From positions 5,668 to 69,667 of IMG/VR virus record IMGVR_UViG_3300046003_005733: DNA of 64,000 nt. One strand, 5' to 3'. The notes under the pieces were generated by a model. The model saw only the letters and a list, made by a program, of their open reading frames with translations, made no database searches and was not told the origin of the DNA. Source of the DNA: a virus (Duplodnaviria; Caudoviricetes). The position numbers and the translations under genes were made by a program. Positions 44,367-55,072 of this stretch are shown here, one piece after another (position 1 is the first letter of the stretch; each line of letters begins with the position of its first letter).

Positions 44367-45779
44367 TTATTTTATCCTTGTATAACCCGGCTTACTTAAG
44401 TATTTTTGAGCTTTTTCTTCTGTCATATTAACTTCTTGGCCGCTTGGACCTTTTATTCTCACTAAATTACTTGGCTGTTCTTGTGTTTTTTCTGATTCTT
44501 CTTTGAATGCTCCAACATTTTTTCCTTGTTTTTCAAATGCTGACAACTTTTCTTTTTGTTTTCTTTCGATAATACCTCTAACTGTTTTTAATTTAGTCAT
44601 AAAAGTATTATCATCATCCTCTACATTAGGCATATTACTTTTTAATTGATCTAATTCTTTTACAGAATAGGATACTCCAGATTGAGCTTTTACATAATCA
44701 AATAATTGAGTTCCAGAGAGTTGTTTAAGCGCAACAAAATCTTTATCGGATTCTGCAAATGGTAAAATATCCATTCCTGATTGATACATAGATGCGTATC
44801 TTCCAGTGTTTACTCCCGTTTTAGCAGCTTCAACTTCATCTAAACCTTTAAGTGCGTTATTAATACCTTCAATTTCTGTAGTTTGTTTATCCGAAAGTTT
44901 TGACTCTTTTTTCTCAGCCTTGTTCACCATATATTGTTGATAAGGAGTAAACTCTCCTTTTCCAGAGGCTTTAATTCCAGCCGCTTTTAAATTACCTTCA
45001 ATTTGCATTTTAGCTAATTCTCTAGCTCTTAAATCTGTATCTTTAGCTAATTCTCTAGCTCTTAAATCTGTATCTTTAGCTCTTAATTCTTCGGAAGTGA
45101 GTCTAGTTTGCGCTCTCTCACCCTTAGCTAGTTCTGCATATTGCTTCATCATGGATTCTCTTCTTTGAGCTAAGTCACTTTGAATCTCTGGGGCTGTAGC
45201 AAACATATCAGCTATCTTACCTAATCCAGCACCTTGTTGAACTTGAACTCCCGGAGCTTTAACATTCATTTGAGATCTTGCATTTAAATATGTAGCAAGA
45301 GCATCTCCAATAGATCCTCCTATTTTTAACATTCTATCACGCTTTCTAGCGTCTGCAAGATCTGTTTCACCTTTTCCAAGTAGTTTATTATACTCGGATA
45401 TTAGAGCCTCTGATTTTGACATTTGAGGTTCTTTAGAATTATCTAAGACAGAACTATCTTCTTTTGGAAGTTTAGCCATAGCTGCATCAAAATTTACGTT
45501 TTCCATAAATGGATTGCCAGAAATTTCTTCTTTTTTTGGAGAAGCTTGTTTTGCAACTGCTCTAACGGGAGCTTGAATTTCAGGCTCAGGAGTTTGCTGT
45601 TGTTCCACAATAGAAGCTAATTGCTCAGGAGTTGGATTAATTGGCGTACTTAGTTGATCCAAAGTTGGATTAATTGGCGTACTTAGTTGATCCAAAGTTG
45701 GATTAATTGGAGAAAATAATTGTTCTTCTTTTTTTGGATTAAGAAGGTCTATTAAAGATTGATAATTATTATTTGCCAT
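44367..45779 (-). CDS. Internal virion/ejection protein
   Basis: Low-complexity helical protein, GVSYSVKE motif, internal repeats. Confidence 0.65.
   Translation of the reverse strand: MANNNYQSLIDLLNPKKEEQLFSPINPTLDQLSTPINPTLDQLSTPINPTPEQLASIVEQQQTPEPEIQAPVRAVAKQASPKKEEISGNPFMENVNFDAAMAKLPKEDSSVLDNSKEPQMSKSEALISEYNKLLGKGETDLADARKRDRMLKIGGSIGDALATYLNARSQMNVKAPGVQVQQGAGLGKIADMFATAPEIQSDLAQRRESMMKQYAELAKGERAQTRLTSEELRAKDTDLRARELAKDTDLRARELAKMQIEGNLKAAGIKASGKGEFTPYQQYMVNKAEKKESKLSDKQTTEIEGINNALKGLDEVEAAKTGVNTGRYASMYQSGMDILPFAESDKDFVALKQLSGTQLFDYVKAQSGVSYSVKELDQLKSNMPNVEDDDNTFMTKLKTVRGIIERKQKEKLSAFEKQGKNVGAFKEESEKTQEQPSNLVRIKGPSGQEVNMTEEKAQKYLSKPGYTRIK
45620..45710. repeat. 33-bp in-frame tandem repeat (PINPTLDQLST, about 3 copies)
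   Basis: gttggattaattggcgtacttagttgatccaaa repeated. Confidence 0.85.
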
Positions 45780-45790
45780 GTACTATATCC

Positions 45791-46696
45791 TTATGCCTTT
45801 TTTACTTTTTCAGCTTGAACATCTCCATAAGCTCCAATTCCAGCTCCCGCAACAGTTCCAGCTAGGTTAATCATTGCACTTGTTTGAGCTTGTTGGGCTT
45901 GTTGAGCAGCCCCGCCTTGCGCAGTATATTGATTAGCTAAATTAGTTTGCGCACCAGAAACTCCAGTAGCCTTAGCCATCTTATTTTGGAATTCTTGCTG
46001 AAAAAGTCCTTTATTATAAATCTCTTGTTGGTTTCTATTCGCTGCTTGTTGATTAGCAATACTCTGTCTTGATGCTAAATTTTGAGCGTTAACACCTTGT
46101 CTGCCTTGTGTATTAAACTGATTAATTACATCAGCTGCTGAAGCTTTTTGTCCAGCTAAAGCTAATTGTTGTTGAGACATTTGAGTTGCCATGCTACCCT
46201 GTTGCCCTAAAGCAGCCATACGAGCTTGTTGTGCTTGAGCTGCAGTTTGTAAAGCTATATCTTTTTGAGATTGACCGGCTCCTTGTATAGCCTGAATTTG
46301 TAACGCTAATTTTTGACCTTGACCAAGAGTTGGATCTTCTCTAAGAGTCTGCAATCTTGCTTGTTCAGCACCTGCTACTCGTCCTAGTCCTTGCTCTAAA
46401 TTAAGTCTAGCAGTAGCATCTAGTCCTCCAGATTTAGCAATATTTGAAATATCCTCTAAAGCTGACATTTGTGCTGCTTTTAGTCTAGGATCTTCCTGAA
46501 CTCCTTCCATGGCAGATGGACCTAAAACTTCTGCTTCTAATTGTCCCACAAGTTCTGGAGTCTGCAAAGCAATTTTTTGAGCTTCCATTGATGGAATACC
46601 GATTGCTTCTAAGCGTGCAATATTATCTTGCATAAGCCTATTGGCTTTCTCCATTTCGCTTTTACCAGCATCTCCACCGCCAAATATCCCTGCCAT
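45791..46696 (-). CDS. DNA pilot/ejection-like protein (Q/A-rich)
   Basis: MAGIFGGG start, Gln/Ala-rich, C-terminal glycine zipper. Confidence 0.65.
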   Translation of the reverse strand: MAGIFGGGDAGKSEMEKANRLMQDNIARLEAIGIPSMEAQKIALQTPELVGQLEAEVLGPSAMEGVQEDPRLKAAQMSALEDISNIAKSGGLDATARLNLEQGLGRVAGAEQARLQTLREDPTLGQGQKLALQIQAIQGAGQSQKDIALQTAAQAQQARMAALGQQGSMATQMSQQQLALAGQKASAADVINQFNTQGRQGVNAQNLASRQSIANQQAANRNQQEIYNKGLFQQEFQNKMAKATGVSGAQTNLANQYTAQGGAAQQAQQAQTSAMINLAGTVAGAGIGAYGDVQAEKVKKA

Positions 46697-47043
46697 TATA
46701 TGCTCCTACTAAAAATTATAATTTGAGAATCTTCATACGTATTTTTCATCCCATATAGTCTACATATATGGGTAGTTCTCTGTTGAATAAACTCACTAGT
46801 TGCTTTGTTAATCTGAGCAGATAGACAAGAACAATTTTTGCTATGTGCTATATCTTTCATTTTATCAAGCAAATCTATTGACTTATTCTTTCCTCTAGAT
46901 TTTTTATCAATATACATATTTACTACTTTTAAACATACTACGTGTCCTGCTTTTTGAATTTCATATGTAACAAAGCTATCTTCATCTTCCAATGTTTTTA
47001 GGTCTAGTATTTCTTCTACAAACTGAGCATATAAGCTAGACAT
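46696..47043 (-). CDS. GNAT-like protein in virion module
   Basis: NMYIDKKSRGKN...YG; position typical of podovirus acetyltransferase-like genes. Confidence 0.6.
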   Translation of the reverse strand: MSSLYAQFVEEILDLKTLEDEDSFVTYEIQKAGHVVCLKVVNMYIDKKSRGKNKSIDLLDKMKDIAHSKNCSCLSAQINKATSEFIQQRTTHICRLYGMKNTYEDSQIIIFSRSI

Positions 47044-47045
47044 AT

Positions 47046-49664
47046 TTATCCTTGCCTACGCAATAAATCCCGCAAAGCTGCAGTTCTGGTAGATGTAACC
47101 CCAGTATCTACAATATTAGAACGATTCTCAAAGCCTTGACCTTGGAGATATGCTTCATATTTTCTTTCTAAATCTTGAATAGCTAATTCTTTTGCAGTGC
47201 CTCTTCCTACTGCTGACATGGCAGAGTCGCTCATCCGCCCTCCTCCAAAATTACCCACTACGTTAGATAGTGATGAATTTGGTCCTATCACTGATCCAAC
47301 AATAGCACCTATTCCTGCTCCGGCTGCTGCTACTGGGGCAAGTCCTGTCATAGCTCCTATACTAGCTCCTGTAGCGGCTCCAGCAGCTGTTCGTTCTGCT
47401 CCTGCTCTCCACATGTCACCTGCTCCACCTTCTCTACTAGTATTAGTCGCTCCTATATAGTTAGCTAGTGCGTCTTTATTTGATAGTAGAGAGGTATCTG
47501 CTGCGGTTCCCTCAGCTCCCACATCATAACCAGCTTGCCTAAGCATATCTGCTACATTTCCTGCTTGATCTGCATAATAATGTTGCGTTCTAGTTCCTGA
47601 CCAATTTCCTCTAGAAACTTTCTTATGTCCAAGACCGACTAAATTAGCACCTTCTGCGCTTTCCTTAAATCCTTGCTGAGCCTGATTCAAAGCATCTCTT
47701 ACAGCTTTAGTGTTCAAAGAACTCTTCAATGTTTGAGTTCCTGCTTTTTCAGCATCCGTGTATTGTAAATCTTTTTGTAAAGCTTTTGAAGTATCAAGTC
47801 CTGCTAATCTAGCGAGTGCTTGTTGTCTAGCAAATTGATCTTTTGTTACTAACCTTTCTCTTTCTGCATTAACATCTTGAATTAAGTTTTGACCTTCATT
47901 GTATAAGCCTTCTCCAGAACTGATTCCTAATACTGCGGCTTCCTCTGGAGATAAACTCAATTGATTCATATTCATTTGGGCAGCAGCTGTCTTCTGTTGA
48001 GTGTACTGTTGGTATTCTGGACTCTGTTGAATTGCAGCAGCTTGAGCTTTTTGAGCATCCGATTGTTGTCTTAATTGTTGAAGTCTGCCAAGCTGAACTT
48101 GGATTTGCCCAGCTGCTTGAGTTTTATTACCATATCTCTCTAGTTGCTTAATTTGATACCCTGCGTTTCTAATAGCAGCGTCAGTTTCTGCTATTTGATT
48201 ATTAACATTAGTAAGCTGTTGCACTTGTGGTTCATACGCAGTTAAAGCAGCCAACCTTTCTTTTTGTATATCTTTATTTGTAGCTTCTTTATTGCGTATA
48301 GCTTCTCTATAATATTCTGGCAGTTGGTCCCATTTAGTTTGATAAACTGGATCACCCTTTGCATCTACCATAGGTTTTCCAGTAGAATCTAGCTTGGGAA
48401 TTTTATTTCCCGAAGCATCTAAAGCAGGATCTTTTATTAAAGCATCTATGCCTTTTTCTGTTGTTGTCTCTTCTTCAGTTCTTCCTTCTAGAAATGATTT
48501 TCTAGCTTGTTGCTGAATATTAGAAATTTCACTAGCTCTGCCAGTTGCTGTATTAGCAGATTCTGTTTGAGCCTGTTGAAGTTTTTGTTGTAAATCTCCC
48601 GCTTGCTGCGCTTGTTGCTGAAGTTGTCCAAGGCCTTGTTGGGAAGTATTCAAAAGTAATGCATCAAGTTTAGACTGACCCCTAGAATAATCTCTACCTT
48701 GGCTAAAAATATTTCTAAGAAGTTGCTCTCTTCCAGCTGCTGTCTGAGTTTGTTTAACAGCTTCCTGAGCTGTTCTTGCTTTTTCTGCAGCTCTATTGTA
48801 CAAGCCCGCTTCTTGAATAGATCCCGGACCTGCATATCTAGCATTAATGATCTCTTGAAATCTCTGTGCTTGTTCTGGAGTTACTCCGGATTGGGGAGTT
48901 TCTACTGGAGCCGGTACAACAGTAGTTGCTGGTTCAGCAGGTTTTTCTGTAGCATATTGCCAAATTTTATTTTTGTCAACTCCATATTTAGAGTATAGAG
49001 TTTGTATATCGTCATTTTGACGTTTTAATGATGCTTCATTAGAAGATCCCGGGCCATAATCCATTGGGTGTACTCTGCGCTGAATGGCGTTAAGTTCTTC
49101 TTGAAATGCAGTATGTTTATCACCTAGAGAATCTTTAAAGTATTGATCTGTATTTCTAACTGAGTTCGCTGCATTTTCGAGACGGGTTGTAGGCTGCGCA
49201 ACTGGAGCTGGCTCTATTGGAGCTTGGTAAACTGTTCCTCTAGCAGCATCTATTGCAGCTTGAACATCTCCACCAGCAGCTCCTCTATCAGCTAAAGTTC
49301 CAGCTTCTACCTGTTTTCCAAAAGTTTTTTGTGACTGAGAAATTTCTTTTTGAGCACCTGATGCTACGTTTTGAACTTTCTGAGTTGCAGCTTGTGCAAT
49401 TTTTTGCTGTCCTCCACCTTGAGCAGCTTGTATGTAACTTTTAAGATTAGAAAATGTCCCTGTTCCAGCAGCTTGTTGTTTCGGAGCTGCTTTAGGTGCT
49501 GTAGTTGGTGCTACGCCTACTTGAGAAGATGACGATTTTAATTGGGGAATCTGAGGCTCTTGTGGAGATTCTTGTTCCTTCTTTTTCTTTTCTTCATCAG
49601 ATAAAGTAGTACTCATCCCTTGTCCGGGTGCTTGATTTCCTGCCTGATTAAGTCTCATTCCCAT
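47046..49664 (-). CDS. Large Q/A-rich virion (ejection) protein
   Basis: GTGTFSNLKSYIQA, SKLDALLL, glycine zipper GAATGASIG...GAGIGAIVG. Confidence 0.65.
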   Translation of the reverse strand: MGMRLNQAGNQAPGQGMSTTLSDEEKKKKEQESPQEPQIPQLKSSSSQVGVAPTTAPKAAPKQQAAGTGTFSNLKSYIQAAQGGGQQKIAQAATQKVQNVASGAQKEISQSQKTFGKQVEAGTLADRGAAGGDVQAAIDAARGTVYQAPIEPAPVAQPTTRLENAANSVRNTDQYFKDSLGDKHTAFQEELNAIQRRVHPMDYGPGSSNEASLKRQNDDIQTLYSKYGVDKNKIWQYATEKPAEPATTVVPAPVETPQSGVTPEQAQRFQEIINARYAGPGSIQEAGLYNRAAEKARTAQEAVKQTQTAAGREQLLRNIFSQGRDYSRGQSKLDALLLNTSQQGLGQLQQQAQQAGDLQQKLQQAQTESANTATGRASEISNIQQQARKSFLEGRTEEETTTEKGIDALIKDPALDASGNKIPKLDSTGKPMVDAKGDPVYQTKWDQLPEYYREAIRNKEATNKDIQKERLAALTAYEPQVQQLTNVNNQIAETDAAIRNAGYQIKQLERYGNKTQAAGQIQVQLGRLQQLRQQSDAQKAQAAAIQQSPEYQQYTQQKTAAAQMNMNQLSLSPEEAAVLGISSGEGLYNEGQNLIQDVNAERERLVTKDQFARQQALARLAGLDTSKALQKDLQYTDAEKAGTQTLKSSLNTKAVRDALNQAQQGFKESAEGANLVGLGHKKVSRGNWSGTRTQHYYADQAGNVADMLRQAGYDVGAEGTAADTSLLSNKDALANYIGATNTSREGGAGDMWRAGAERTAAGAATGASIGAMTGLAPVAAAGAGIGAIVGSVIGPNSSLSNVVGNFGGGRMSDSAMSAVGRGTAKELAIQDLERKYEAYLQGQGFENRSNIVDTGVTSTRTAALRDLLRRQG

Positions 49665-49676
49665 AGAGTTCTCCTG

Positions 49677-49689
49677 TAATATAAGGGTG
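49677..49689 (-). promoter_or_regulatory. Putative late promoter CACCCTTATATTA
   Basis: Directly upstream of AGGAG RBS and ATG 49664. Confidence 0.65.
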
Positions 49690-49774
49690 TTAAATAGTAC
49701 TTTTCATTCCTATAAAAAATCAACACCTTATACCTAGTTGTGAATATAGCAAAGTTATGTTATATTATCAAGGA

Positions 49775-50045
49775 AGATTAATTTCTTCTCTTTTTGCTCT
49801 TTTGGACCGTGAAATAGAGGACTTACAAGCGAGTCCGATATACGAGCCGGTGTAGGAAACGAAATACTCGACTAGGTGTCGCAAAACCACTAAGTACCTA
49901 GCGGAAAGCCAGAGAGTTAAGCAAAGTTATTGGAAGTTTGGAACTTTGTAGAAAAGAGACATTCAGGTTAAAAGCCCACACCCTTTCCCCAAATAGCTAA
50001 AAGCACATTAAGGATCTGGTTTTACCAAATTGAGATCTATGCTCT
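49775..50045 (+). ncRNA. Candidate structured non-coding RNA
   Basis: 400-bp intergenic gap, series of hairpins, upstream TTGTGA-17-TATATT promoter-like element (49738-49766). Confidence 0.4.
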
Positions 50046-50066
50046 ATATAAGTAAAACTATGCAAA

Positions 50067-50477
50067 CTATTTGATTATTTCCAAAGTAAGTCTGTATTTA
50101 ACGCCTACTGTAAATCCAATCCCATATGAAATCTTTATAGATCCATTTCCAATATGAACCCAGTCTATAAAAGGAATTTGGGCAAGCCTAGCAGATGCAT
50201 TGGTAATATTTTGAACTTTTCCCAAGTGAACCATGGACACATAGGATAGCTTTGTAACAATAGTGGAATTTCCAACTATATTTCCTGTTGCATCAAATAC
50301 TACTTCTATAGTACCTAATGCCCTAGCCAGATTATCGAAGTCTAACCCACCGTTAACTACTTGATAAATCTCATCAGCAAACTCATTGTAAGATCCAGCA
50401 ATCATGCCAGCTGATTCTTGAAAATCATCTGGATAATCTTCTGGAATAATACGTCGGATATCTGATAATTTAGGCAT
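50067..50477 (-). CDS. Virion/tail-associated protein
   Basis: VNGGLDFDNL motif; directly follows tail tubular B-like gene. Confidence 0.6.
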   Translation of the reverse strand: MPKLSDIRRIIPEDYPDDFQESAGMIAGSYNEFADEIYQVVNGGLDFDNLARALGTIEVVFDATGNIVGNSTIVTKLSYVSMVHLGKVQNITNASARLAQIPFIDWVHIGNGSIKISYGIGFTVGVKYRLTLEIIK

Positions 50478-53400
50478 TATCTATATCCTCTAGTAGATAC
50501 TTCTCTAGGCTCTAAAGATACTCCAATTAGTTTCCATTGCTCTCTTGCATTAATATGTGTAAATTGAACATGAAGGTATCTGCATCTAGCTTTATCAGAT
50601 GGAACAAAGGTTCTAAAAGGAACTTCATTGCCCTCTCCTCCAAAAGTAGCGTTAGCCCAATTATATCCATCCCAATATCCCGGACCTCTTCCTTGAACAT
50701 CTATACTCTTAAAGTCATATGATCTATCTGAAGAGTATGCAATAGATCCACCCCAGAAGTTATTTTGATCAAATATAAAAGTACCTTCTGATATTTGCTT
50801 AGTTGCTTCTGGTTTCCCGAAGTGTTGTGGAGCATATTGAACAACACATTTAATCCCTTTAAATATAGAAACACTACCTAATACAAACTTATTTTCTGAT
50901 TTTACTGTAATAGTATTCATTATAGTATTAGCACCTGTAATAAGTACTTCATAAATTAAAGGATCTGACACTGATTTATAATCTTTGAAATTAGTTAAAG
51001 TTGTAACCAGATTAAGGATCGAGACTATTGCGTTAAAGTTAGTTGCAATATCTATTGCGATATCTGATCCAGAGCTAGGTGGTATTATAATTCCATCAGA
51101 TAATAGCTTTACCTCGACTTCTTGTAATTTTGCTCCAAGACTGTCTCCGGCAGATGCTTTTAATGTTATGTATTTCTCCTCAGTATGAGAAGAGAATCCA
51201 TCTCTATCTAATTTTTTAAGAAATCTATTAAACTTATTTATATCAAGATACTGTATTTGAGTTAGTACATCCCCAGCTGCTAATTCTGTAGACAGAGAGA
51301 GGGAGTAAGTCGTTCCACTTGTCGAATTTGCTATAATACTTCTAATTATTTCTCTGTCAGAATGATCTTGTCTTTCAAAGTTCTTTCTTTCTTGCAATAC
51401 GTAAGGTCTTCCAGATGAATCTCCTAGATACATTTTATCATCTAGGGGATTAACTACTCCGCAGTTTGCAGGTTTAGTCCACCTAGTCCAAGCTCTTGTA
51501 AAGGTATTGTATCTAAAAGCTTGTGTAGCATAACCATCAGTGGTCTTTTCAGGAAGCCAAAGTAGATAACATCTATCTGATTCAGAGGACATTCCCCAAC
51601 TCATAAGCTTGTAATCAAATCTAGAGTTGGTAACTTCTTGAATTTTATTTTCAATATTTCTAGACATTACTTGAACGCCAGTCTCGGATACTGTAACAAC
51701 CCCTTGACTTGTCAATACATACACTAGATTATTTAAGTTAACAGCAGTATCTGGAGCAAGGGTTAAGGCAGATGAATCACAGAGACGAACAGAGAAGTTA
51801 GGAGCAGATTGTCCAGATATAATGTAAACACCCTCTTCTTTGAGTACTGCAAGACTATCTCTTAATGCAATGATTCTTTGTATTTTCTTGTCTCTTGGCC
51901 CAATATCGATATAGTTAACTAGTGGAACTGCCTCTGGTTGGTATATCTTAGAGAAATAAACTCTATTTGGATTTACCGAATTATCGGAAACTACATCAGC
52001 TGGAAATACAATAGCTGTATCAAAAGAAGAGTATGAGCTAGACGATACCCCAGATAATTTAAATGACGTAGTAGACGATACGTTAGATATAAATTTTTTG
52101 CCTACAATAGTAGGAGAAATTAAAAGCGGATCAATATAAGTGTATAACTCTTGACCTTGTGTAAATCCATGTAAAGTAGGAGATGTGTAGAATACTGCTT
52201 CTGGACTAGATGATACCACACTGGTTATTGTTTTTGCCACTGGAATATTAGGCTCGAATACAGCTATTGGATTTCCAAACCCATCTGAGAACTGCTCACT
52301 AAATCCAACATAGAAAGGATCATCTATTAGAGATCTAGATTCTAAAAGTAAAATACCCTGCAAGTCGTTAAGACCTGAAATGTAATACGCATTAACGGGA
52401 GAGTTAGGATCTTTATTTATAACTCTCTCCAATGATCTGGCAGTATCTTCTATAGATAAAGATTGGGAAGATAACCCAGATAGCAATACTTGATTTAAAG
52501 AAGCATCTTCTCCATCACCTTGTTGTAACACTACAGGATCTGACCATCCTGTAACAGAGGATGATTGAACTACCGAGGATACGTCGCCATTATCAGTATA
52601 AACTAATTTTACAATAGAACTAGGTGCTACAAAGGTTACTTTTCCTGCTCCAGACTTGGGAGTTATGTTTACGGAAGGTCCACCTATGGAGGTCGATATT
52701 CCAAAGCTATTGTTAGTTTTGTTTGTAACATAATAGGGAGTATCTATGAGAATTCCATCCGGACAATTTTGAGAAAAAGTTACTTGATCATTATTAAAAA
52801 ATGAATGATTTTTTATGTTTATAGTTTCAGTAGATCCATTAATATCATAAAATGAATCAAATAAGTGATAGATATTATCGTTTATATTAAAATCATTTAT
52901 GTCAAAAAATGCATCAGCAAATGCGTCTACGGACCCCTCCACTGTATCTTCATAAATGGGAAGTAATAGAGGTATTTTTAGTAGTAGACAATTGTCTACA
53001 CTAGGAGCCTTAGATATGTGGGAAATGGATGCAGAACCAGAAGATGAATCTAAGTTTATTGCAGATCCGTTTATAGAATCGGATAATTTAATAGTGTTAG
53101 AGCTTACTCTTATAGCATAATATGATTTTTTTAATAATCCACCCGGTAAAGTTGTTCCATCTATCGTCACAAGATCATTAGTAGCAAATCCATGATTAGA
53201 TAGAGTTATTTCCTCAGTAGTACTATTTATAGCAGTTTGATCAAAATTAAAAACTATAGATCCTTTATCAAACCATGTCCTGTATTTAATTTTATTTTGG
53301 GCATTATATATGTCAAAATAAGATCCTCCCACTGTTTCTGATTTCTTCTTTGCTGTAAACTGAATTATTTCATTCTGACCTATAAATGTATATGTACTCA

Positions 53401-55069
53401 TTTTTGTAGAATTTCCCACATGCAACTTAGATGATCCTGAATTATAGGGGAATACTGAAAGCATGCTAAATTGAAGTCTATGAACTTCCTTAGTATTAGC
53501 ATAAAAAGCAGATCCTTTAAAAATAGCAACATCATGAGCTATTGGAGGAGCTTCATTAGCTTGAAGAGCACTTTCTCCTGTTACAGGATTTATATACAGA
53601 TATACTCCACCTTCTCTAAAAGTTTCAGGAATATAATCATCGAAAGTAACTTCTAATGGAATAACATTTGTTAAACTTACAGGGGATTCATATATTTTTT
53701 GAAATTCTTCTCCCGGATCTATATCATTAAGAGTTAGTCCAGTAGACACAGTTATTACTGCAGTTCTATAAACTTCATAAAAGAAGTCCTTACTATTTAT
53801 CCCACTTGGGACAGTAGTGATGACTTGAGTATTAGAAGGAATTCCAATAGATGTTTGACCGTCATACGCAGTAGATATTGTCCCATAGGTAATATCTAAA
53901 CTACCCTGACTAGCATCCAGCACATCTCCACCATCTATATTAGTAATCGTCACTACCTCGGAAGCCACCTCTACTTGTATATCCGATATAGAGAATAACA
54001 CCTCCGCTATTTTTGACGCATAATTTATTTTATTTTTTAATGCTATATTATATATAGGAACTTCTATTAACTGCCTTCCTAATAGTAAACTGCTAGTCGG
54101 AGAAGGATCACTTCCGGATACGTTAAACCATGTAGCAAATTTGTTAGTTGGGCTATCGAATAAAAAGAAGTCATTATTAGAAATACCACTATAAATATTA
54201 CCAGTTCCAACAGCATCTGTTAAACTAATAGCCGTCCCACCTGAAGTAAGGGATACTCCAAAAACATCAGTGGTAGTTACATTTACAACATAATAAGTAA
54301 CTGAACTGTCTAATTCTTTGGGAATTATTCCGTAGAATCTGACCTTCGTTCCAGCGGTGAAACCGTGACTTGTTATAGTTATAATTGCTGCATTTACAGA
54401 AGTAGTTGAATCAAAAGATTTATGAATACCAGCTCCAGCATCTAATATAGTGGCTGTAAAACTCTCACCCACATTTATATCTTGGGATATATTTGTTATA
54501 ACATGTCTAGAGCTAGGTACTCCCCGTATAATATTACCGTTTACATCTTTTTTAGCCCACAGTACTTTATAAGCCACCTTAGATTGTGCAGGAAGAAATC
54601 CTGAAGCGGATGGTACTAAGTTTAACTCTAAACCAGTGGCTTTAACTCCACCAGCCTTTGTTATATATTCCGCAGAATTAGAAAAATCATCTGCAGATTT
54701 TGCAGAAATCTTCTTGATCCCTTCACTAGTAGTAAAGTATAAATTTGAATTAAGTTCAAAATATCTAATTCTAAGCCTAGACACCAGTTCGCTATAAGTT
54801 CCAGAGAAATTTAAAAAAGATCCATTACCAGTTGAGTCAAAACTTAGTTTATTTGCAAAATGTCGTAATACTCTACCTTTATATGTTAACAATTGCTTAA
54901 CAACAGATTCATCATCTGTAGCATTTCCAAATTCCGCAAAACCTCTCCTAGGTTCTACAACATTGTCGGAATCAATTACACAATTATCCAATACATCAGC
55001 GGCACCATCAGGCCTTGCCAATTCATTTGGAGAGGTTACTAGCCCGCGATTTATAGTTAATATAGGCAC
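50477..55069 (-). CDS. Tail tubular protein B / nozzle-like protein with inserted HG-containing beta repeats
   Basis: RGLVTSPN..RPDGA...DNCVI...PRRGF start; NRVYFSK..PEAVP; C-terminal RCRYLHVQF; ITSHGFTAG/LSNHGFATND repeats. Confidence 0.7.
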   Translation of the reverse strand: MPILTINRGLVTSPNELARPDGAADVLDNCVIDSDNVVEPRRGFAEFGNATDDESVVKQLLTYKGRVLRHFANKLSFDSTGNGSFLNFSGTYSELVSRLRIRYFELNSNLYFTTSEGIKKISAKSADDFSNSAEYITKAGGVKATGLELNLVPSASGFLPAQSKVAYKVLWAKKDVNGNIIRGVPSSRHVITNISQDINVGESFTATILDAGAGIHKSFDSTTSVNAAIITITSHGFTAGTKVRFYGIIPKELDSSVTYYVVNVTTTDVFGVSLTSGGTAISLTDAVGTGNIYSGISNNDFFLFDSPTNKFATWFNVSGSDPSPTSSLLLGRQLIEVPIYNIALKNKINYASKIAEVLFSISDIQVEVASEVVTITNIDGGDVLDASQGSLDITYGTISTAYDGQTSIGIPSNTQVITTVPSGINSKDFFYEVYRTAVITVSTGLTLNDIDPGEEFQKIYESPVSLTNVIPLEVTFDDYIPETFREGGVYLYINPVTGESALQANEAPPIAHDVAIFKGSAFYANTKEVHRLQFSMLSVFPYNSGSSKLHVGNSTKMSTYTFIGQNEIIQFTAKKKSETVGGSYFDIYNAQNKIKYRTWFDKGSIVFNFDQTAINSTTEEITLSNHGFATNDLVTIDGTTLPGGLLKKSYYAIRVSSNTIKLSDSINGSAINLDSSSGSASISHISKAPSVDNCLLLKIPLLLPIYEDTVEGSVDAFADAFFDINDFNINDNIYHLFDSFYDINGSTETINIKNHSFFNNDQVTFSQNCPDGILIDTPYYVTNKTNNSFGISTSIGGPSVNITPKSGAGKVTFVAPSSIVKLVYTDNGDVSSVVQSSSVTGWSDPVVLQQGDGEDASLNQVLLSGLSSQSLSIEDTARSLERVINKDPNSPVNAYYISGLNDLQGILLLESRSLIDDPFYVGFSEQFSDGFGNPIAVFEPNIPVAKTITSVVSSSPEAVFYTSPTLHGFTQGQELYTYIDPLLISPTIVGKKFISNVSSTTSFKLSGVSSSSYSSFDTAIVFPADVVSDNSVNPNRVYFSKIYQPEAVPLVNYIDIGPRDKKIQRIIALRDSLAVLKEEGVYIISGQSAPNFSVRLCDSSALTLAPDTAVNLNNLVYVLTSQGVVTVSETGVQVMSRNIENKIQEVTNSRFDYKLMSWGMSSESDRCYLLWLPEKTTDGYATQAFRYNTFTRAWTRWTKPANCGVVNPLDDKMYLGDSSGRPYVLQERKNFERQDHSDREIIRSIIANSTSGTTYSLSLSTELAAGDVLTQIQYLDINKFNRFLKKLDRDGFSSHTEEKYITLKASAGDSLGAKLQEVEVKLLSDGIIIPPSSGSDIAIDIATNFNAIVSILNLVTTLTNFKDYKSVSDPLIYEVLITGANTIMNTITVKSENKFVLGSVSIFKGIKCVVQYAPQHFGKPEATKQISEGTFIFDQNNFWGGSIAYSSDRSYDFKSIDVQGRGPGYWDGYNWANATFGGEGNEVPFRTFVPSDKARCRYLHVQFTHINAREQWKLIGVSLEPREVSTRGYR

Positions 55070-55072
55070 TGA

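Noticed and set aside
47197-47460. Pro/Ala-rich plus-strand ORF, and other antisense ORFs such as 42732, 43557, 48699, 54963, 7728, 15714, 17964, 27539
   Set aside because: Shadows of long genes on the opposite strand; composition mirrors the real gene's codons
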